The notes under the pieces were generated by a model that was given only the letters and a program-made list of their open reading frames with translations, did not search any database and was not told the DNA's origin. Shown here in pieces: positions 31,556 to 41,061 of a DNA stretch of 64,000 nucleotides. Source of the stretch: Promethearchaeota archaeon (GTDB lineage Archaea; Asgardarchaeota; Lokiarchaeia; Sigyniarchaeales; SOKP01); contig JAHPZA010000003.1 of NCBI GenBank assembly GCA_019058445.1, positions 282,810 to 346,809 on the forward strand, read 5' to 3'. Positions within the stretch are counted from its first letter, which is position 1. Each line of letters starts with the position of its first letter. A program made the position numbers and the translations under genes.

Positions 31556-32905
31556 ATGAGTAAAAAACCTAACATCGTATCATTTATAACTCACGATCAG
31601 GGTCAATTTATCGGGTGTTATAATACACCTCAAATACCTAATTCGTTAAATACCCCAAATCTGGATAAATTAGCCTCAAAGGGCGTAAGATTTACAAATT
31701 ATTTTTGTACAGCTCCTCAATGTAGTCCTAGTCGAGGAAGTATTCAAACATCATTATATCCTCATCAGAATGGATTGATGGGACTTGTCAATAGAGGATG
31801 GACATTGCCACTTGAAAATAAGACGATACCAATGTATTTGAAAGAAAATGGATATTCCACTCATTTAATAGGGTTACAACATGAAAGTCTAAAACCATCT
31901 GATTTAGGATACGATACTCTTAGTGAGAGATTTTTTCATAAAGATCTCGAAATTGATTTTATGTATAATTGTAAATTAGTAGAAAACGAGTGTTTAAAGT
32001 TTTTTCAAAAACATAAAGAAGATGATTATCCATTTTATTTAAATATTGGAGTAGAAGAAGTTCATAGACCTTTCAAAAGTTGGGGAGACCCCGTAGATCC
32101 AAAATCCGTCGAAGTTCCTCCTTTTTTACCTGACAATGAAATTTTTAAAAAAGAACTTGCAGATTATTACGGAGCAATACATAGTGTTGATATTACAATT
32201 GGAAAAATTATTAAGATGTTGGAAGAGATAGATTTACAAAAAAATACGCTCTTTATTTTTACAACTGATCATGGAAGTCCCTTCCCAAGAGCAAAAGCTA
32301 CGTTATATGACCCTGGAATTAAAACAAGTCTTATAATGTACCAACCAGATTCAGAATTATTTGAGGGAGGAAAAGTATTTGATAGTCTCCTAAGTAATCT
32401 TGATTACCTTCCAACCTTACTTGATTTCATTGGAGCAAAAGTTCCTGCGGAAATTGAAGGTAAGAGTTTTCTACCTATATTAAAAGGAGAAAAAGAGCAA
32501 GTGAGGATAGAAATTTATGGAGAAAAAACATATCATGATATTTACGACCCAATGCGTGGAATTAGAACTCATAATTATAAATACATCAAAAATTTTGAGG
32601 ATATAGATACCCTATACGTGCTGCCATTACCTATGGCAATGGCACCATCGGGTAAGTTCTTAAAGGACAAAATTAATAAACCCAGGGCAAAAGAAGAGCT
32701 ATACGACCTACAAAAAGACCCTCATGAAAGAAATAATTTAATAAATAATCCAGAATACAAGGAAATTGCCAATAATTTACGAAAAAAGCTTAAAGATTGG
32801 ATGATAAGAACGAAAGATCCACTTCTAAAAGGAAGGGTTAAACCACAATCTCAGGAAGCCTATGATAAGGATCTAAAGAAAAGAAAGAAGTTAAAAAATC
32901 TGTAA
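31556..32905 (+). CDS. Cys-type sulfatase (sulfamidase/N-sulfoglucosamine sulfohydrolase-like)
   Basis: KPNIV, CxPxR (CSPSR), HRPF, TTDHG, ELYDL..DP.E. Start moved to ATG 31556. Confidence 0.9.
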   Translation: MSKKPNIVSFITHDQGQFIGCYNTPQIPNSLNTPNLDKLASKGVRFTNYFCTAPQCSPSRGSIQTSLYPHQNGLMGLVNRGWTLPLENKTIPMYLKENGYSTHLIGLQHESLKPSDLGYDTLSERFFHKDLEIDFMYNCKLVENECLKFFQKHKEDDYPFYLNIGVEEVHRPFKSWGDPVDPKSVEVPPFLPDNEIFKKELADYYGAIHSVDITIGKIIKMLEEIDLQKNTLFIFTTDHGSPFPRAKATLYDPGIKTSLIMYQPDSELFEGGKVFDSLLSNLDYLPTLLDFIGAKVPAEIEGKSFLPILKGEKEQVRIEIYGEKTYHDIYDPMRGIRTHNYKYIKNFEDIDTLYVLPLPMAMAPSGKFLKDKINKPRAKEELYDLQKDPHERNNLINNPEYKEIANNLRKKLKDWMIRTKDPLLKGRVKPQSQEAYDKDLKKRKKLKNL

Positions 32906-32958
32906 TTGTTTTGTTAAATTTTCATAAAGAATTTAAATTGACAAATTTAAGAATATCC

Positions 32959-34248
32959 ATGACAGAGAAGAAACAAAAATATATTTTTCGATGTTTAAAG
33001 TGTAATGAAAATTTCAATGAGATAAGTAGCATAATCTCTAAGTGTCCTAAATGCTCAGGTCCGCTATCTGTAGAGATGAATATAGCACTATTAAAAGAAT
33101 CTATTTCACAAGAAAAATTCTATAAGCAAAAGATTGATTCAATGTGGTCTTTTTTTCAATTTCTACCATTACTCAATGAAAAGAATATCATTTCACTTAT
33201 GGAGGGAAACACACCGACTCTTAAAAGTAATCATTTATCAGAACAATTTGGTCTTAAAAATCTATATCTAAAGCTTGATTTTCTAAATCCTACAGGGTCG
33301 TTTAAAGATCGGCAGATTTCAATGGGAATAAGTAAAGCCATTGAATTAAACAAAACCTCAGTAATTACTATGTCATCGGGAAATGTGGGAGCTTCTGTTG
33401 CTGCATATTCTGCGAGAGCAGGTCTAAAAAATATCATACTTATCCCATCAATAGCCCCAGAAAGTAAGATTATCCAAATAAAGCAATATGGAGGAAATGT
33501 GATTAAAATTGAGTCTGATTCTACGAAGTTTATTTCCCAAATCGTCCAAGATGCGAGTAATAAGTTTGATATGGCAAATTTGATTACAGCTGGTATATAC
33601 AACCCATTCATTAATAAGGGTGCTAAAACAATCTCATACGAGATTGCTATTCAGAGTATGCCTAAAAATCTAGAATTTCCAGATGCAATTATTATCCCCG
33701 TTGGGGGAGCTGGATTGTTAAGCGGAGTTTTTGAGGGATTTCAAGAATTATATGAGTTAGATCTAATTGAACGCATTCCAAAACTGTTTGGAATTCAACC
33801 AAAAGGATGTGCTCCTTTTGTAAGAGCAATTGAAGAAAAACTTACGCCAGAATATTTATTTCAAAATCCTTGGAAGGATATTAATACTATTAGTACTGCG
33901 CTTGCCGATGATATTCCATTAGATTGTTATACCGGGATTCCCGCGATCAAGCATTCCGGAGGAAATGCAATAGCCGTATCAGATGAGGAAACTTTGGTTG
34001 CTGGAAAACAATTAAGTAATTTAGAAGGTATGTTTGCAGAGCCTTCTAGTTGCACGACTATTGCTGCAATTCCAAAATTATTGGAAAAGAATTTGATTCA
34101 AGCAGATGAAAATATTTATTGTCTAATAACTGGAAGCGGATTTAAGGATATCAAATCCATTGAACCGATGCTCCCGAAGTCGATAAAGGTTAAAAAAGAT
34201 TTCGATTGGGAAGCCTTATTCGATAAGATATTAAAAAATAAGATCTAA
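32959..34248 (+). CDS. Threonine synthase-like PLP enzyme (fold type II)
   Basis: N-terminal CxxC..CxxC, EGNTP, NPTGSFKDR, SSGNVGAS, PVGGAG, ITGSGFK. Start at ATG 32959. Confidence 0.85.
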   Translation: MTEKKQKYIFRCLKCNENFNEISSIISKCPKCSGPLSVEMNIALLKESISQEKFYKQKIDSMWSFFQFLPLLNEKNIISLMEGNTPTLKSNHLSEQFGLKNLYLKLDFLNPTGSFKDRQISMGISKAIELNKTSVITMSSGNVGASVAAYSARAGLKNIILIPSIAPESKIIQIKQYGGNVIKIESDSTKFISQIVQDASNKFDMANLITAGIYNPFINKGAKTISYEIAIQSMPKNLEFPDAIIIPVGGAGLLSGVFEGFQELYELDLIERIPKLFGIQPKGCAPFVRAIEEKLTPEYLFQNPWKDINTISTALADDIPLDCYTGIPAIKHSGGNAIAVSDEETLVAGKQLSNLEGMFAEPSSCTTIAAIPKLLEKNLIQADENIYCLITGSGFKDIKSIEPMLPKSIKVKKDFDWEALFDKILKNKI

Positions 34249-34263
34249 CAAGATAAAAAAAAA

Positions 34264-36240
34264 TTAATCAGAAGCAAGATCTGCTAAAAATCCTGCATCA
34301 ATTTTATTATATTCTTCTGCATACTTTACTCCATATTTTTTCCCTGTTTCCCCATAAACATATTTAACTAGCAAATTCACTCTAATTGCATTTGGGACGT
34401 CTTCCTCCAGTAATTCCACGTATAATCTGTTAGCTCGTGCTAATAACAGGTTCTGATGGAACCAATTTTTAAGGACTGTTTTATGTTCACTAATAGCTTG
34501 GATTTTATCATCTATGAAGTCTGTAATATCCACATGAAAGTTTATGACAGTGGGATTTCTCGCAAATAGATATCTCTCTCCAGGCAAATGAATTTCTAAT
34601 CCTTCCTCAAAATGTTCAGGATAGCATAAATCAAACGAGCTCTGCCAGCACGCCTCGTTAACTGCCTGTGCAGTTATGATATGATCCATGTTTTCTTCAT
34701 CAGTTCCGTTTAAATCAAATGAAACTACAATATCGGGTTTATATTTTCGTATCAGATAAATTAATCTTTTCCGTAATTCCATATAATCCACTCCAACTAA
34801 TGTATCAGTTGGATAATCCATATGGACTATTTCCTCTGCCCCCAATCTTTTATATGCCCGCTCGACTTCTTTTCGATTTCTTTTATATCCTTGTTCAGCA
34901 GTAATTCCTACACAATCCCAATAATCGTCCGTAATTCGGATACATATCAATTTATTTCCCTCAGCTGAAAGTTTTTTAAGAGTCCCTCCAGCCCATATCG
35001 TAAGATCGTCAGCATGTGTTCCAAAAGCTACTACAGTTTTATACACAAATAAATCTCGAACTGTTCTCCTCACTACCTCAGCAGCTTCCTTACCAATTGA
35101 TTCTGTTTCATGTCCGATAAACTTACCATCAACAATGTCATCGACCCAAACTTGAGGTTTCAAACTAAATTGATCTAAGGGAATAAAATACCCAATAGAA
35201 TCATTAGAATTAGAAATAAACATTATCTCTTTTTCTGAGTTATTATTAAGAATTTTGGTAAATAAACCTGGAAAAGGTTCACCAGGTACATGTACAATAT
35301 GTAAATTTCCAATCCGGACTTTACTAATAGTACTTATCGCGTTATTGTCTTCTTTGAGTTCTCTTTCAAAAATCCCAATTGCAAATAAAAATTGAAAATC
35401 TGGATTCTCAAGCTTCATATCAACTCTTCGATGTCTTATCTCAATCGGGGATACTTCCAATTTTACTGCTTTAGGAAAGATATTTTGAATCTCTGAAAAC
35501 ACATCTTTTGCAAATAATTCCATTTTTTCGTATCCTGCTTCACAATATATTGGTGATTGTGAACCACATAAACCCATTCCAAATAATGAGATTCCTCCGA
35601 ATTCTTTTTCTATCATATCACACACAATTCCGGGATAATCCGCTGAGATAGATACATTTTCTCTAGTTGTTATCTCTGGTTGGGCGGCATATGTCCATAA
35701 ACTGCCAATTACTTTATTATTTGATACAAATTTTACAACTTTTAGATCTCCATTTATATCATCTTTTATTCGGTAATTTTCTACAAGCTTTTCTAAGTTT
35801 GATTTTGTCAAGTAGAGCTCAGCATCTTCAAGGTTTTGTTCAGCTTCTATTACTGCTTGGACTATGCTCTCAATTAAAAAAAATTGGTATTTCTTATTAA
35901 TTCCATTCACTCCTATAAGGGGGCCCCATAAACCCATTGTATCAGGTCCTGCATGAGTGTGGGTGGCCCAGACATAAATTTGTCTTTCTTTATAATCATA
36001 AGCAGATAATCTATCGCGGACTCTATCTATAAAATCTGCCATTAAACCAATACATTCTACTGATACTAATACGATCTTGGTAGTTCCATCTGATAAAACC
36101 ATTGCCCGAGCATAGATGGGATCATGAACATCTTTAATTTTAGGAGCCATCATTGTCAAATATCCCGCGATATAACAATCTCCGATATCGGGTGGAGGAA
36201 CGATATTTCTTTTTGATGTTCCACATTTCAATACGGTCAT
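34264..36240 (-). CDS. Fusion: ceramidase-like N-terminal domain + PIG-L/LmbE-type deacetylase
   Basis: N-part: IAGY, VHDP, ATHTHAGPD, SADYPG, VPGEPFP. C-part: GTHADD, YKPDIV, MDHIIT, VDITD..DKIQAI..HKT. Confidence 0.8.
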   Translation of the reverse strand: MTVLKCGTSKRNIVPPPDIGDCYIAGYLTMMAPKIKDVHDPIYARAMVLSDGTTKIVLVSVECIGLMADFIDRVRDRLSAYDYKERQIYVWATHTHAGPDTMGLWGPLIGVNGINKKYQFFLIESIVQAVIEAEQNLEDAELYLTKSNLEKLVENYRIKDDINGDLKVVKFVSNNKVIGSLWTYAAQPEITTRENVSISADYPGIVCDMIEKEFGGISLFGMGLCGSQSPIYCEAGYEKMELFAKDVFSEIQNIFPKAVKLEVSPIEIRHRRVDMKLENPDFQFLFAIGIFERELKEDNNAISTISKVRIGNLHIVHVPGEPFPGLFTKILNNNSEKEIMFISNSNDSIGYFIPLDQFSLKPQVWVDDIVDGKFIGHETESIGKEAAEVVRRTVRDLFVYKTVVAFGTHADDLTIWAGGTLKKLSAEGNKLICIRITDDYWDCVGITAEQGYKRNRKEVERAYKRLGAEEIVHMDYPTDTLVGVDYMELRKRLIYLIRKYKPDIVVSFDLNGTDEENMDHIITAQAVNEACWQSSFDLCYPEHFEEGLEIHLPGERYLFARNPTVINFHVDITDFIDDKIQAISEHKTVLKNWFHQNLLLARANRLYVELLEEDVPNAIRVNLLVKYVYGETGKKYGVKYAEEYNKIDAGFLADLASD

Positions 36241-36397
36241 AACTTATTCTTTCCTTTAGTTATTTAGTTCTATATTATGATAGTGTAATTATTGTAACAT
36301 ATTTGAATTCTATTATTTAATACTATTAATTTCAAGTTTAGGAGATAATGATAAAGAAAGAAAATAAAAAAAGGAAGAAATTAGAATAGAATCTAAT

Positions 36398-37792
36398 TTA
36401 TAATTGTTTTTGCTTTAAAAGTTCTGAATTTTCTTCAACTTTGGCTTTATCTAATTTATATGCTTTCCATATGAGTAAAAATGCTAGGAAGTAAAAGGCC
36501 ATAGGAATCCCTGCCATAAGTAGTCGAATTCCAAATTGTGCGAGTAATGTCTGAGAGTTTTGTCCAGGAACCGCACCTGCTCTATAACCTGTAAGAGGAT
36601 GAATTACCGCAAATGAAACTGCTTGTATTATTATAGAAATTCTTTCAAAAAAGATCCTAATTCCAGTCAAAGCTCCTTCATTTCGTTTTCCTGTTCTCAC
36701 TACTATATCATCAACAACATCCGAAAATGTAGGATACATGAGAACCCAGAAACATCCAATACCTATTCCAATAAGAGCTATGATTATAGTAGTGCTTAGT
36801 ATATCGCTCACAAAAAATAATGGAAAAAATAAAATCGTAGTAATTAATGTTCCGTAAGTTACAGCCTTTTTATTTCCTATTTTTCGACCTATCTTAGTCC
36901 ATATGGGAACTGAAATCAAAACTGCCACAAGAAATCCTGCAGCCATTACAGTTTCAAGCTCAGGGTCTGAAGATCCTATTATATATTTGTTCCAATATGG
37001 TAGAGAAGCGAGCATCATAACAGTCATGACAGCGTGTCCTAATGCTATAAGGACGTATGCTAGGAAATTTTTATCCTTAATTCCATAACTCAAGACTTTC
37101 CAAAAAGAATCTTTTTCTTTCTGTTCTTCTAAAATTCGTAATTGACGCTCGATTAATTCCTCATCTTCTTTCATACCCGATAGTGAAAGTATCGCCATAA
37201 TAAAACCAATAATTGACACGACTAATGCTGCGATAATAAAGGATGAGACATCGCCATAAACAATAATTAAAGGAGGGATTAAAACGCCTAAAGCTATTCC
37301 TAATACTCCCCAAGCTGTATTTTGTGCTCCAGCCCGAGTTCTTTCTGCAATTGATCGAAATTTATCTGGGAAAAGCGAGAGGTAATTTACAATAAACATA
37401 GAGTATAAAAATTCAAATAGGCAAATAGTAATCAGAAGCCATATAAACATCCCAATCTCATCAGTAAAGGGTACTGTGAAAATGAAAAGATATACCCACA
37501 CAAAGGAAAGAGCACCTGCAGCGAAGAATGGAAATCTACGACCCCAACGTTTTGTAAAGCTAAATTTTTTATCAGAAATCCATCCTAACAAAGGATCATT
37601 AATCATATTCCAAATTCCGTAGATAACAAATGCTAATCCCACCCAAAAGATAGTAAGAAGTAATTCATTTTCATAGAAATCAATAACTCTTACGGTGAAT
37701 GCTGCTGTGAAGAAATTATCAACAAAGCCACCAATTCCATATGAGATATATACAAATCTCGAATACTTAGACTTCTCACTCATTTCCAACAC
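36398..37792 (-). CDS. GPH/MFS_2 transporter, paralog 9
   Basis: WNMINDPLLGWISD, RWGRRFP, KRNEG. Confidence 0.9.
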   Translation of the reverse strand: MLEMSEKSKYSRFVYISYGIGGFVDNFFTAAFTVRVIDFYENELLLTIFWVGLAFVIYGIWNMINDPLLGWISDKKFSFTKRWGRRFPFFAAGALSFVWVYLFIFTVPFTDEIGMFIWLLITICLFEFLYSMFIVNYLSLFPDKFRSIAERTRAGAQNTAWGVLGIALGVLIPPLIIVYGDVSSFIIAALVVSIIGFIMAILSLSGMKEDEELIERQLRILEEQKEKDSFWKVLSYGIKDKNFLAYVLIALGHAVMTVMMLASLPYWNKYIIGSSDPELETVMAAGFLVAVLISVPIWTKIGRKIGNKKAVTYGTLITTILFFPLFFVSDILSTTIIIALIGIGIGCFWVLMYPTFSDVVDDIVVRTGKRNEGALTGIRIFFERISIIIQAVSFAVIHPLTGYRAGAVPGQNSQTLLAQFGIRLLMAGIPMAFYFLAFLLIWKAYKLDKAKVEENSELLKQKQL

Positions 37793-37931
37793 TTTATTTT
37801 AATTTTACAAAAAATAATATTATTTCAAAAAATATAGCTAAATGTTAATTTTTTTTTGATCTATAAATAATTAATTATCATAACTTGGAAAATAGCGATA
37901 TTGAAAAATAACAAATAGTTAAAGGTATAAA

Positions 37932-38948
37932 GTGATTATCATGAAAGCAGCCGTTTTTGATGGAAAGGAGATTAAAATTAAAGAAGTTCCAAAACCTCAT
38001 CCAACAATTACTCAAGCGTTGATTCGTGTAAAAGCAGCAGGAATCTGCGGAACTGATATTGCCATAATGAAGGGAAATTTGCCCGCTCCGGCAAATCTCA
38101 TTCTGGGTCATGAATTTGCGGGAGAGGTTGTCGAAGTTGGAAATGAAGTTGATTCCTCTTGGATCGGTAAAAAAGTAACCTCTGAAATTAATAGCAACAT
38201 TGATTTTGATTGTTTTTATTGTAAACGTGAAATTTTTACTCAATGTATCTCAAGAAAAGCACTTGGAATTGATATTGATGGTGCTTTTGCAGAGTTTATT
38301 GCTGTTGAATCATATTTATTACATGAAGTTCCTGAATCAATCTCGTATGAAGAAGCCACATTTATAGAACCATTAGCAGCAGCTTTTCAAACATTTGAGA
38401 TGATGCCCTTAGAGGCAGATGATAATGTAGCAGCAATCTTTGGCCTTGGAAAATTAGGCCAACTACTTATACAAGTTGCGAAGTTAAAAGGTCTTGAACT
38501 GGTTGCGGTAGATGGATCTGAGAAAAAATTAGCTCTAGCTAAGAAATTTGGTGCTTCTCATGTTATTAACCGTATTGAAGCAAAGGATATACCCCAAATC
38601 ATTCAAGATTTGACAAATGGCTTAGGTGCTGATATCGTTATTGATAGTTCGGGGAATCCAGATGCTTTAAAAGATATAATTTCATCTTGTAGGATTCGAG
38701 GAAAATTGCATATAAAAAGTACCCATGGCTTAGCAACTCCGATAAATCTCACAGATATCGTTGTTAGGGAATTAACTCTCTATAGTAGTAGATGTGGACC
38801 TTTTGAAAAAGCAATTGGAGCATTAAAATCTAGAAAAATCCATGTAAAAGAATTAATTTCGGATGTATATCAGCTTAGTGAAATAAAAGAAGCATTCACT
38901 TCTTATGAAAAAAATCGAGAAAATATAAAAACAATAATTAAGATATAA
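37932..38948 (+). CDS. Zinc-dependent alcohol/sugar dehydrogenase (MDR family)
   Basis: GICGTD, GHEFAGEV, CFYC..C, GLGKLG. Confidence 0.9.
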   Translation: MIIMKAAVFDGKEIKIKEVPKPHPTITQALIRVKAAGICGTDIAIMKGNLPAPANLILGHEFAGEVVEVGNEVDSSWIGKKVTSEINSNIDFDCFYCKREIFTQCISRKALGIDIDGAFAEFIAVESYLLHEVPESISYEEATFIEPLAAAFQTFEMMPLEADDNVAAIFGLGKLGQLLIQVAKLKGLELVAVDGSEKKLALAKKFGASHVINRIEAKDIPQIIQDLTNGLGADIVIDSSGNPDALKDIISSCRIRGKLHIKSTHGLATPINLTDIVVRELTLYSSRCGPFEKAIGALKSRKIHVKELISDVYQLSEIKEAFTSYEKNRENIKTIIKI

Positions 38949-38949
38949 C

Positions 38950-39870
38950 TTATTTAATTAGGTTTGAGATCAAGATATCCATTAGTTTGGCTGGTCCGGT
39001 TGATTCCTTAAAATCCATGCAATATGTAATAGGTGCCGAATTTTCTTTATCATTATCTAAAACCGTTACTCTACCAAAAATTTCGTCAGTATCTACTCTT
39101 AAATAAACATCTCTCGTAGTAAACAGTTCTGGTTTTAGGAGATAAATTGGTACTAAAGTATCAAATGGATAAAAACCATTAATTTTGTTAAATTTCCATA
39201 AATTCATCCAATAAACTATATAATCATAAATAAATTGGGGGATTGGCTTCTGTACTTCTTTTATTTTCATTAAATGCTTTTCTTGAAAAAGAACTTTTTT
39301 ACATATATCAAGTCCTACGCCAATTCTAGGGGTACTGGTATTAGTTTCTATAAATAGTTGTGTTGCAAAGGGGGCGCTATGGAAGTTAAACTCTGTAGTT
39401 TTAAATAATTCACCTAAGTCAAAGAGAGATTTATTATCCTCAATAGGTTCCAACAATCCGCCCATAAAAATAATTGTTTTTAAATCATCAAATAATTCAG
39501 GATAATGCTGCAAAGCTGTTGAGACATTTGTTAAGGGGCCTAATGGCATGAGAATTAAATCATTTGGTTGTTCTTTAACCATGTTAATAATAAAATGTGA
39601 AGCTTCGTTTAATTTTCCTAATTCTCTCTTTGATTTTGCACCTAATTTACAAGGAATATCCGGTTGAGCAGCAATCTCCAAATATTTTCTCAATAAAGAA
39701 TATCCCTTATTAACTCTTGTATTTCCGTATACTGTAGTGATTCCTTCAATTTCGAATATATCTTGATTATTTAACATAAAAAATAATGCTAGTCCATCAT
39801 CAACGTCAGCACCATTATGACCAAGCCCGGGATCCGTATCAATTAAAACTCGATGTTTTTTCTCACTCAT
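38950..39870 (-). CDS. Inosine-uridine preferring nucleoside hydrolase family protein
   Basis: DTDPG..DVDD, TTVYGN, LGPLTN, MGG, EFNF. Confidence 0.85.
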   Translation of the reverse strand: MSEKKHRVLIDTDPGLGHNGADVDDGLALFFMLNNQDIFEIEGITTVYGNTRVNKGYSLLRKYLEIAAQPDIPCKLGAKSKRELGKLNEASHFIINMVKEQPNDLILMPLGPLTNVSTALQHYPELFDDLKTIIFMGGLLEPIEDNKSLFDLGELFKTTEFNFHSAPFATQLFIETNTSTPRIGVGLDICKKVLFQEKHLMKIKEVQKPIPQFIYDYIVYWMNLWKFNKINGFYPFDTLVPIYLLKPELFTTRDVYLRVDTDEIFGRVTVLDNDKENSAPITYCMDFKESTGPAKLMDILISNLIK

Positions 39871-40051
39871 AATCCTAAAATATCCTCTAATTTGATTTTA
39901 GAAATATTTTTTCTAATTAATTTTTATCGCATATAGATTAATTACTTAAGACTTATTTCTAAAACGAATAAGAGTTAGCCTTTTAATCAAATTAAAAGGG
40001 AAAAAAAACCTTTCTATCAAAAGAAACTAATTTTTATCTAAATAAGATTGA

Positions 40052-40849
40052 GTGGAGATAAAAAAAATGAAGCAGCATCATAAAAATGCAATCGAAAAAC
40101 TAACTGAAAGTCTTAAAAAAGATGATCGGTATTTAGCCGTAATCATCACTGGCTCAGTCGCAAAAGGTGAAGAAAGGGATGATTCGGATATTGATTTTAT
40201 TTTAGTGGTTACAGATGAGGAATATAAAAAGAGAAAAAGAAGGAATCGACTTATGTTCTTCGATACTCAATATTGCGATTATCCTGGAGGGTATGTTGAC
40301 GGTAAAATTGTAAATCTCGCTTTTTTAAAGATTGTTGCTGAACGAGGTTCTGAACCCGCGAGAGATGCATTTAGGGATGCATGGATTGCCTTTTCTAAGA
40401 TCCCTGAACTCGAGGAAATTTTAAAAAAAATTCCTATTTATCAGAAAGATGAAAAAGCTGAAAAAATTCAGAGTTTTTTAGCCCAATTTGATATAGCATA
40501 TTGGTTTATAGGAGAAGCAGAAAGAAGGAAAGATAAATATTTATTAACTCGTGCAGCTACAGATCTCGTATTATTCGGAGGAAGATTAATTTTAGCTCAT
40601 AATGAAATTATATACCCATACCATAAATTATTCATGAATGCATTGAAAAAAGCGCCTGAAAAACCTGAAAATCTTATTGAATTAATAGAGGAATTATTAA
40701 AGGAGCCAAATTCTAAGAACGCTCAAGCTTTATATGATACCATTAAGAGTTTTAAAAAGTGGAGGATAAAGGGATTTCCTAGTGTTCAATTCATGATTGA
40801 TACCGAATTGGCATGGTTTGAGGGTAAACCTTATATCGGAGATATTTAG
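40052..40849 (+). CDS. Pol-beta-type nucleotidyltransferase domain protein with helical C-terminus
   Basis: TGSVAKG...DSDID signature. Confidence 0.8.
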   Translation: MEIKKMKQHHKNAIEKLTESLKKDDRYLAVIITGSVAKGEERDDSDIDFILVVTDEEYKKRKRRNRLMFFDTQYCDYPGGYVDGKIVNLAFLKIVAERGSEPARDAFRDAWIAFSKIPELEEILKKIPIYQKDEKAEKIQSFLAQFDIAYWFIGEAERRKDKYLLTRAATDLVLFGGRLILAHNEIIYPYHKLFMNALKKAPEKPENLIELIEELLKEPNSKNAQALYDTIKSFKKWRIKGFPSVQFMIDTELAWFEGKPYIGDI

Positions 40850-41061
40850 TAAGCTACTTATATTTTATAAATATTTTTTTACCACAAATCCAAGAAATCT
40901 CTTTTCTATTCAAAATTTGTGTTGAGAATATTTGTTTTTCGTTACTATAAATTATAAACGATAAGACAAAAGTATATAAAAAAAATCTTAAATTATCAAA
41001 TTAAGCTATTATGTATTAGCTCATTATATACTATTCTATATATATAAAAAGGGGATTAGTT

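Noticed and set aside
826-38948. Aminocyclitol/aminoglycoside biosynthetic cluster (BtrR-like aminotransferase, DHQS-like protein, MDR dehydrogenase)
   Set aside because: The genes are 17-20 kb apart, no glycosyltransferase is present, and the context is catabolic.
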